Assembly (NCBI GenBank): GCA_052386995.1
Contig: JBQTJP010000001.1
Span: 1-10,098 of the forward strand
DNA length: 10,098 nt
Origin: Armatimonadota bacterium
GTDB lineage: Bacteria; Sysuimicrobiota; Sysuimicrobiia; Sysuimicrobiales; Humicultoraceae
Direction: 5' to 3'
This document shows, one piece after another, positions 1 through 10,098 of the stretch; the stretch's first letter is position 1, and every line of letters begins with the position of its first letter. The notes under the pieces were generated by a model. The model saw only the letters and a program-made list of their open reading frames with translations. It made no database searches and was not told the DNA's origin. The translations under genes were made by a program, and so were the position numbers.

Positions 1-2361
1 GCGACGCCGAGCGCGTTGATCAACATCCGCCCGGTGGTGGCCGCGATCCGTGAATTCTTCGGCTCGTCGCAGTTGTCGCAGTTCATGGAGCAGACGAATC
101 CGCTGGCGGAACTGACTCACAAGCGCACGCTGTCGGCGCTCGGCCCCGGTGGTCTGCGCCGCGAACGTGCGGGCTTTGACGTGCGCGATGTGCATCACAG
201 CCATTATGGCCGCATTTGCCCGATTGAAACGCCGGAAGGCCCGAACATCGGTTTGATTGGCCGCCTCGCCAGCTATGGGCGTGTCAACGAATATGGGTTT
301 GTCGAAACCCCCTACCGCGAGGTCATTAAGTTCCTCGCGCCGGACGACGAAAACCTGCTCGGCCGGACGATCCGCGAGGACATTGAAGACGGCGCGGGTA
401 AGGTGATTGCTGAAGACGGCGCAATTGTTGACGCCGCCCTCGCCAAGAAACTTACCAAAGCGGGTGTCGAAAAAGTGCCGGTCATGCCATATGTTGGCCA
501 GAAAACCCAATACCTGTCCGCCGACGAGGAAGACCATTACATCATCGCTCAGGCCAACGCGCCGCTGGACGACCTGCGCCAGTTCGCCAACGAGCGCGTG
601 TCGGTGCGTTACAACCAGGAATTTAAGGTTATGTCGGCGCGCCGGATTGACTACATGGATGTTGCGCCCCGGCAGATTGTGGGCATCAGCGCCGCGCTCA
701 TCCCCTTCCTGGAACATGACGACGCCAACCGCGCCCTCATGGGATCGAACATGCAGCGCCAGGCGGTTCCGCTGCTCCAGAACGAGGCCCCGCGCGTCGG
801 CACCGGGGTCGAGCACCGAGCCGCCGTGGACAGCGGCGCGGTCGTGACGGCCGCGCGGGCGGGCACGGTCGAGTCGGTGAGTGGCGACCAGATCGTCGTC
901 AAGGTTGGCCGCGATACCGATGAGTACCCACTCATCAAGTACCAGCGGAGCAATCAGGGGACGTGCATCAATCAGGTGCCGGTGGCGCACAGCGGCGCCG
1001 AAGTGCGGGAAGGCGAGATCCTGGCGGATGGCCCCTGCACCGACCAGGGGGAGCTGGCGCTGGGCCGCAACGTCCTGGTCGCCTTCATGCCCTGGGAGGG
1101 CTACAACTACGAAGACGCGATTGTCATCAGCGAGCGGCTGGTGCGCGAGGACCTCTTCACCTCCATTCACATCGAGGAATATGAGGTGGAGGCCCGCGAC
1201 ACGAAGCTGGGCCCTGAGGACATCACGCGCGACATTCCTAACGTCGGTGAGGAAGCCCTGCGTGATCTGGACGAGCGCGGGATTATCCGTATCGGCGCCG
1301 AGGTCCGAGCGGGCGACATCCTGGTCGGCAAGGTCACGCCCAAAGGCGAGACCGAGTTGACCGCGGAGGAGCGCCTGCTTCGCGCGATCTTCGGCGAGAA
1401 GGCGCGCGAGGTCCGGGATACCTCCCTCAAGGTCCCGCACGGTGAGCGGGGCAAGGTCGTGTCGGTCAAGATGTTCACCCGGGAGAAGGGCGATCGCGAC
1501 GAGGGCGACGAGCTGCCCCCGGGCGTGAACGCCCTGGTGCGGGTGTACGTGGCGCAGAAGCGCAAGATAGCGGTCGGCGACAAGATGGCCGGCCGGCACG
1601 GCAACAAGGGCGTGATTTCTGTCATCCACGCCGACGCGGACATGCCCCATCTCCCGGACGGCACCCCGATCGACATCGTGCTCAATCCCCTGGGCGTGCC
1701 GTCTCGGATGAACGTGGGGCAGGTGCTGGAGACCCATCTGGGATGGGCGACGGACAAGCTGGGACTGTGGGCCGAGTCGCCGGTGTTCGACGGGCCGCGC
1801 GAGGGCGAGATCCGGAGCATGCTCGAGCTGGCAGGCCTGCCGGTCGGAGGCAAGGTGGCCCTGCGCGATGGGCGCACCGGGGAGCCGTTCGATCTGCCGG
1901 TGACGGTCGGATCGATCTATATGATGAAGCTCCTTCACCTGGTCGAGGACAAGATCCACGCCCGCAGCACGGGCCCCTATAGTCTCATCACCCAGCAGCC
2001 CCTGGGCGGCAAAGCCCAGTTCGGCGGCCAGCGGTTCGGCGAGATGGAGGTGTGGGCGCTGGAAGCGTACGGGGCCGCGTCGACCCTGCAGGAGCTGCTC
2101 ACCGTGAAATCCGACGATGTTGTTGGGCGGGTGAAGACCTACGAAGCGATCGTCAAGGGCGAAAATATTCAAGAGCCCGGCGTGCCCGAGTCGTTCAAGG
2201 TGCTCTTGAAAGAGCTCCAGGCGCTGTGCCTGGACGTCAAGGTGCTCAGCGAGGACAAGAAAGAAATCGAGCTCAAGGAGATCGAGGAAGACATCGCCGA
2301 AACCGCGCGAGCGCTCGGTATCAACCTGGAAGGCGAAGAAGCCCTGGTGGAGGATTACTAG
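1..2361 (+). CDS. rpoB: DNA-directed RNA polymerase subunit beta, C-terminal part (5' end lies outside the window)
   Basis: Frame is open from base 1 ([13 protein letters not shown]...), so the TTG at 16 is not the real start. Hallmark motifs: [76 protein letters not shown]. Stop TAG at 2359-2361. Confidence 0.99.
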   Translation, partial: ATPSALINIRPVVAAIREFFGSSQLSQFMEQTNPLAELTHKRTLSALGPGGLRRERAGFDVRDVHHSHYGRICPIETPEGPNIGLIGRLASYGRVNEYGFVETPYREVIKFLAPDDENLLGRTIREDIEDGAGKVIAEDGAIVDAALAKKLTKAGVEKVPVMPYVGQKTQYLSADEEDHYIIAQANAPLDDLRQFANERVSVRYNQEFKVMSARRIDYMDVAPRQIVGISAALIPFLEHDDANRALMGSNMQRQAVPLLQNEAPRVGTGVEHRAAVDSGAVVTAARAGTVESVSGDQIVVKVGRDTDEYPLIKYQRSNQGTCINQVPVAHSGAEVREGEILADGPCTDQGELALGRNVLVAFMPWEGYNYEDAIVISERLVREDLFTSIHIEEYEVEARDTKLGPEDITRDIPNVGEEALRDLDERGIIRIGAEVRAGDILVGKVTPKGETELTAEERLLRAIFGEKAREVRDTSLKVPHGERGKVVSVKMFTREKGDRDEGDELPPGVNALVRVYVAQKRKIAVGDKMAGRHGNKGVISVIHADADMPHLPDGTPIDIVLNPLGVPSRMNVGQVLETHLGWATDKLGLWAESPVFDGPREGEIRSMLELAGLPVGGKVALRDGRTGEPFDLPVTVGSIYMMKLLHLVEDKIHARSTGPYSLITQQPLGGKAQFGGQRFGEMEVWALEAYGAASTLQELLTVKSDDVVGRVKTYEAIVKGENIQEPGVPESFKVLLKELQALCLDVKVLSEDKKEIELKEIEEDIAETARALGINLEGEEALVEDY

Positions 2362-2364
2362 CCG

Positions 2365-5805
<3,441 letters not shown>

Positions 5806-5835
5806 GTCGGGCGCTCTGAACCCTACCTCATAAAG

Positions 5836-5867
5836 GAGGGGCGATTGCGCAGGATCGAGCGCCCCTC
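5836..5867 (+). other. GC-rich stem-loop downstream of rpoC (possible 3'-end/pausing structure; no U-tract, so not a classical intrinsic terminator)
   Basis: GAGGGGCG (5836-5843) is the exact reverse complement of CGCCCCTC (5860-5867). It is followed by GTGCATCG, not poly-T. Confidence 0.4.
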
Positions 5868-5898
5868 GTGCATCGATTGTGGTCCCGCTGCGGTTTCA

Positions 5899-5927
5899 TT
5901 GACACTCCGCGGGACCGATGTTAAAAT
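5899..5927 (+). promoter_or_regulatory. sigma70/sigmaA-type promoter for the ybxF-rpsL-rpsG-fusA-tuf transcript
   Basis: TTGACA (5899-5904), 17-nt spacer, extended -10 TG (5919-5920), TAAAAT (5922-5927). Near-perfect consensus in a GC-rich background; predicted TSS ~5933-5935. Confidence 0.9.
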
Positions 5928-5950
5928 TTTCTGGCGCGGTTGAAAGGCCC

Positions 5951-6229
5951 ATGACAGACGAAACAGCGCTCGCGCGGCTCCGCGCAGCACCCGCGCGGGC
6001 AGTCGGGACGAATCAAACGGCGAAGGCGATCGTCCGCGGCCTTGCCGCGGAGGTCTTCGTCGCGGCCGACGCCGACCGGCGGGTCATCGACCCGGTGGTG
6101 CGGGCGGCGGCAGAACGCGGGGTCGGGCTCATCGAGGTAGATTCGATGACCGCCCTGGGGCGTGCCTGCGGCATCGCCGTAGGCGCCGCCGCAGCGGCGG
6201 TTCTCGTTGGTGAGCCGGCGTCACGGTAA
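5951..6229 (+). CDS. ybxF: L7Ae/L30e family K-turn RNA-binding protein (YbxF/RulS-like), 92 aa
   Basis: VGTNQTAKAI...VFVAADAD...V...VDSMTALGRACGIAVGAAAA matches the YbxF/L7Ae pattern, in the same rpoC-rpsL position as B. subtilis ybxF. Start set to ATG 5951 (GAAAGG RBS at 5942-5947) because the ORF-track ATG at 5918 lies inside the promoter. Confidence 0.92.
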   Translation: MTDETALARLRAAPARAVGTNQTAKAIVRGLAAEVFVAADADRRVIDPVVRAAAERGVGLIEVDSMTALGRACGIAVGAAAAAVLVGEPASR

Positions 6230-6595
6230 GGCACGAAAATCGGGGCTCGATCGGGCACTGCCTCTCATCTCTCCCGAGCCCTCAGGTTGCGCCGCAGGGT
6301 CCAGCCGCCCCGCCTAGCGTGGGGCCCTGCCACGGCTGAGCCTGGTATGGCGCACCGTCGACTGAACGGCAGATAGGGACCGCGATAACCCGGCCGGTCG
6401 CTTGCCGCGAGACGCGGGCAGCAGTGCGGCCGAGGCATCGCATCGCGCCCGGGCCTCCCAAGCGAGGTCACGGGGTGTCGTGTGTGGCTGCAGGAAGCGA
6501 AGAGACAGGATACGTTGAGTAACGGATGCTGAGGAGGCATCGGGCAAAGCCCGACGCCGGTGAAGCAAGCCCGTTGCTTAAGTATGGAGGAATGT
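6230..6595 (+). promoter_or_regulatory. Putative structured RNA leader / ncRNA between ybxF and rpsL, including a candidate kink-turn hairpin (6510-6585)
   Basis: 366-nt spacer with no convincing CDS and many complementary segments: 6242-6249/6275-6282, 6294-6300/6324-6330, 6302-6307/6333-6338, 6381-6386/6442-6447, 6391-6396/6427-6432, 6452-6457/6464-6469, 6515-6525/6571-6581. Family not recognised. Confidence 0.5.
6586..6590 (+). promoter_or_regulatory. Shine-Dalgarno site of rpsL
   Basis: GGAGG 5 nt upstream of ATG 6596. Confidence 0.85.
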
Positions 6596-6970
6596 ATGCC
6601 GACAGTGAACCAGCTCGTGCGGGTCGGCCGGCACCGGCCACGACGCAAGGGCAAGTCGCCGGCGCTGCGCGCCAATCCGCAAAAGCGGGGCGTGTGTATT
6701 CAGGTGAAGACCACGACGCCCAAGAAGCCGAACTCGGCGTTGCGCAAGATCGCGCGCGTGCGGCTCACCAACGGCATGGAGGTCACAGCGTACATTCCTG
6801 GGATCGGGCACAACCTGCAGGAGCACTCGGTCGTGCTGATTCGGGGTGGGCGCGTGCGCGATCTGCCCGGCATCCGCTATCACATCATCCGTGGAACGCT
6901 GGATGCGGGCGGGGTCGTCAACCGCATGCGCAGCCGGTCCAAGTACGGGGCCAAGCGACCGAAGAAGTAA
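6596..6970 (+). CDS. rpsL: 30S ribosomal protein S12 (124 aa)
   Basis: MPTVNQLVR start, [53 protein letters not shown]. Real start is ATG 6596, not the ORF-track 6560. Confidence 0.99.
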   Translation: MPTVNQLVRVGRHRPRRKGKSPALRANPQKRGVCIQVKTTTPKKPNSALRKIARVRLTNGMEVTAYIPGIGHNLQEHSVVLIRGGRVRDLPGIRYHIIRGTLDAGGVVNRMRSRSKYGAKRPKK

Positions 6971-6971
6971 G

Positions 6972-6993
6972 CGTCAGGAGACCGTCAGGAGAC
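6972..6993 (+). repeat. Perfect 11-nt tandem repeat (CGTCAGGAGAC x2) containing the rpsG RBS
   Basis: 6972-6982 and 6983-6993 are identical and each contains AGGAG; the second copy is correctly spaced to ATG 6998. Confidence 0.9.
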
Positions 6994-6997
6994 AACG

Positions 6998-7471
6998 ATG
7001 CCACGAAAAGGTAGCGTTCCACAGCGGGTCGTCGGACCGGATCCTGTTTTCCACAGCCCGGCCGTCCACCGTCTCATCAACAAGATCATGGTGCGCGGCA
7101 AGAAGAGTCTGGCGGCGCGCCATGTCTACGGCGCGTTTGAGGCCGTGCGCGACAAGAGCGGCCAGGATCCGGTCAAAGTGTTCGACAAGGCGTTGAGTAA
7201 CATCATGCCGGTGCTCGAGGTCCGACCGCGACGCGTCGGTGGCGCAACGTACCAGGTCCCGGTAGAAGTGCGTCTGGAGCGCCGGACATCACTCGGCATC
7301 CGCTGGCTGGTTGGATACGCGCGGGCGCGCAAGGACCGCCGGACATTTGCCGAGCGGCTGGCCGCCGAGATCCTCGACGCGTCGGTGGGCCAGGGCGCCT
7401 CCGTCAAGAAGCGCGAAGACACCCACAGGATGGCGGAAGCCAACAAGGCGTTCGCCCACTATCGATGGTAA
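6998..7471 (+). CDS. rpsG: 30S ribosomal protein S7 (157 aa)
   Basis: MPRKG start, [48 protein letters not shown]. Confidence 0.99.
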   Translation: MPRKGSVPQRVVGPDPVFHSPAVHRLINKIMVRGKKSLAARHVYGAFEAVRDKSGQDPVKVFDKALSNIMPVLEVRPRRVGGATYQVPVEVRLERRTSLGIRWLVGYARARKDRRTFAERLAAEILDASVGQGASVKKREDTHRMAEANKAFAHYRW

Positions 7472-9573
7472 CGACCACCAGACCCGGGACAGGGGCCGAG
7501 ACGGTGTCACTCCCCGCAATGGAGACCATCCGCAACATCGGCATCGTCGCCCACATCGACGCGGGCAAGACGACGACGACCGAACGCATCCTCTTTTATA
7601 CGGGTCGCGTGCACCGGCTGGGCGAGGTCGATGAAGGCTCCGCGACAATGGACTGGATGGTCCAGGAGCGCGAGCGCGGCATCACCATCACCTCCGCGGC
7701 CACGACCTGCGTGTGGCGGGATCACCGGATCAACATCATCGACACGCCCGGCCACGTCGACTTCACGATGGAGGTCGAGCGGTCGATGCGCGTGCTGGAC
7801 GGCGCCGTGGTCCTGGTCTCGGCGGTGGAAGGCGTCCAGCCGCAATCCGAGACCGTCTGGCGGCAAGCCGACCGGTATCGCGTTCCCCGCATCATCTATA
7901 TCAACAAGATGGATCGTACCGGCGCCGACTTCCTGCGGACCGTGCAGATGATCCGCGAGCGTCTCGGGGGCGTTCCGGTCCCAATACAGCTCCCGATCGG
8001 GGCGGAGGACAGTTTTGAGGGGGTCATCGACCTCGTCCGCATGAAGGCGACGATCTACCTCGACGACCTCGGCACCCGCTCCGATGAGAGCGATATCCCC
8101 CAGCAGTGGCGGCAGCAGGCCGAACAGCTGCGCGAGCAGATGGTCGAGGCCGCCGCCGACATCGACGACGCGATCGCCCACAAGTATCTGGAGGGGACGC
8201 CGATCGACGAAGACGAGCTGCGCGCCGCGCTCCGCCGTGGTACGGTGGGCGCCCGCATCGTCCCGGTGCTGTGCGGCAGTTCCTTCCGCAACAAGGGCGT
8301 GCAGCCGCTGCTGGACGCGGTCGTCGACTACCTCCCGTCTCCGCTCGAGCTGCCGCCGGTGATCGGCACAGACCCCCGCACCGGGGAAGCGGTAGAGCGC
8401 CCCGCCGATCCGAAGGCGCCGCTCGCCGCGCTCGCCTTCAAGATCATCTCCGATCCCTATGTGGGCAAGCTCACATATTTCCGGGTGTACTCCGGCACCT
8501 TGAAGGCCGGGTCGTATGTCTTCAACGCCAACAAGGGTCAGAAGGAGCGCGTGTCCCGAATTTTGCAGATGCACGCCAACCATCGGGAGGACATCCCCGA
8601 GGTCTCCGCCGGAAATGTCGTGGCGGCCGTCGGGCTGCGGGCCACGGCGACGGGCGATACCCTCTGCGACGAGGCGTCCCCGGTGGTACTGGAGGCCATG
8701 CACTTCCCGGACCCCGTCATCTCCGTCGCGGTCGAACCCAAGACCAAGGCCGACGAAGAGAAGCTCTCCGCGGCGCTGGCGCGCCTGGCCGAAGAAGACC
8801 CGACGTTCAAGGTGCGGTTCGATACAGAGACCGGCCAGACGATCATCTCAGGGATGGGCGAGCTCCATCTCGAGATCATCGTTGACCGCATGCTCCGCGA
8901 GTTCAAGGTCGAGGCCAGCGTCGGCCGCCCGCAGGTCGCGTACAAAGAGACGATCCGTCAGGCCGCGAGGGGCGAGGGCCGGTACATACGGCAGACCGGC
9001 GGCCGCGGGCAGTACGGCCACGCCGTCATCGAAGTGGAGCCGCGCGAGCAGGGCAGCGGCTTCGAGTTCGTGGACGAGATCACCGGGGGCACCATCCCGC
9101 GCGAGTACATCCGGCCCATCGAGGTCGGCATCCGCGATGCCGCGGAGGGTGGCGTCCTCGCCGGTTACCCGGTGATCGACTTCCGCGCGACCCTCATCGA
9201 CGGGTCCTACCACGAGGTCGACTCCAGCGAGGTCGCCTTCAAGATCGCCGGCTCGCTCGCCTTTAAGGATGCCGCGGCCCGCGCCAAGCCGGTCCTCCTC
9301 GAGCCGATGATGCGGGTCGAGGCGGTGACCCCGGAGAGCTACATGGGTGATGTCATTGGGGACCTCAACTCCAGGCGGGCGCAGATCGAAGCGATCGAAA
9401 CCCAGGGGGGGCTCCGGGTGATCCGGGCGCTCGTGCCGCTGGCGGAGATGTTCGGATACGCGACCGCGCTGCGGTCATCGAGTCAGGGACGGGCGACGTA
9501 CTCGATGGAGCCGTCGCACTATGAGGAGATTCCGAGCAGCATCGCGGAGGAAATCCGCCGCCGCTCGGCGTGA
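7465..9573 (+). CDS. fusA: Translation elongation factor G (start uncertain: ATG 7465 overlapping the rpsG stop, GTG 7504 or ATG 7519)
   Basis: [95 protein letters not shown]; canonical position in the str operon. Confidence 0.98.
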   Translation: MVTTTRPGTGAETVSLPAMETIRNIGIVAHIDAGKTTTTERILFYTGRVHRLGEVDEGSATMDWMVQERERGITITSAATTCVWRDHRINIIDTPGHVDFTMEVERSMRVLDGAVVLVSAVEGVQPQSETVWRQADRYRVPRIIYINKMDRTGADFLRTVQMIRERLGGVPVPIQLPIGAEDSFEGVIDLVRMKATIYLDDLGTRSDESDIPQQWRQQAEQLREQMVEAAADIDDAIAHKYLEGTPIDEDELRAALRRGTVGARIVPVLCGSSFRNKGVQPLLDAVVDYLPSPLELPPVIGTDPRTGEAVERPADPKAPLAALAFKIISDPYVGKLTYFRVYSGTLKAGSYVFNANKGQKERVSRILQMHANHREDIPEVSAGNVVAAVGLRATATGDTLCDEASPVVLEAMHFPDPVISVAVEPKTKADEEKLSAALARLAEEDPTFKVRFDTETGQTIISGMGELHLEIIVDRMLREFKVEASVGRPQVAYKETIRQAARGEGRYIRQTGGRGQYGHAVIEVEPREQGSGFEFVDEITGGTIPREYIRPIEVGIRDAAEGGVLAGYPVIDFRATLIDGSYHEVDSSEVAFKIAGSLAFKDAAARAKPVLLEPMMRVEAVTPESYMGDVIGDLNSRRAQIEAIETQGGLRVIRALVPLAEMFGYATALRSSSQGRATYSMEPSHYEEIPSSIAEEIRRRSA

Positions 9574-9624
9574 CGGGCGCGACAGGCGCGGGACGCGAGG
9601 AACGGACGGAGGGAGCCGGACGAG

Positions 9625-10098
<474 letters not shown>

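Noticed and set aside
5918..5950. Longer ybxF start at ATG 5918
   Set aside because: It lies within the promoter (upstream of the predicted TSS) and lacks an RBS; ATG 5951 has one.
6242..6595. tmRNA, RNase P, cobalamin or c-di-GMP riboswitch identity for the spacer (prompted by the GGGGCT start, ATAGGGA and GGCAAAGCC)
   Set aside because: No tRNA-like T-arm/CCA end, no GAGGAAAGUCC core, no B12 box and no complete GEMM two-hairpin pattern.
6560..6595. N-terminal extension of S12 ([12 protein letters not shown]) from the ORF track
   Set aside because: The conserved MPTVNQL start at 6596 has a proper GGAGG; the upstream GTG lies in the leader hairpin.
6265..6675. Minus-strand ORFs across the ybxF-rpsL spacer (6265-6675, 6314-6568)
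   Set aside because: No recognisable protein features, antisense to a strong operon, and the longer one overlaps rpsL.

Overview
GC-rich bacterial core-genome window, all on the + strand: 3' part of rpoB (5'-truncated), rpoC, a near-consensus sigma70 promoter, an L7Ae/YbxF-family gene, a long (366 nt) highly structured spacer, then the str operon rpsL-rpsG-fusA-tuf (tuf 3'-truncated). Gene order and proteins look Terrabacterial (Firmicute/Armatimonadota-like; inference). No mobile element, CRISPR, tRNA or rRNA was seen. The main candidate for a new system is the ybxF-rpsL spacer: it can form a pseudoknot, a long nested hairpin domain and a canonical-looking kink-turn hairpin that ends at the rpsL Shine-Dalgarno, just downstream of a gene for a K-turn-binding protein family. 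This suggests possible L7Ae-family control of the str operon. Other oddities: rpoB appears mosaic (the first ~720 nt differ in codon usage and look Chloroflexota-like), there are substitutions at rifampicin, streptomycin and salinamide target residues, rpoC has a run of nine A/T-ending codons, the rpsG RBS is duplicated, and tuf is extremely biased to G-ending codons. All folds and counts were done by hand.
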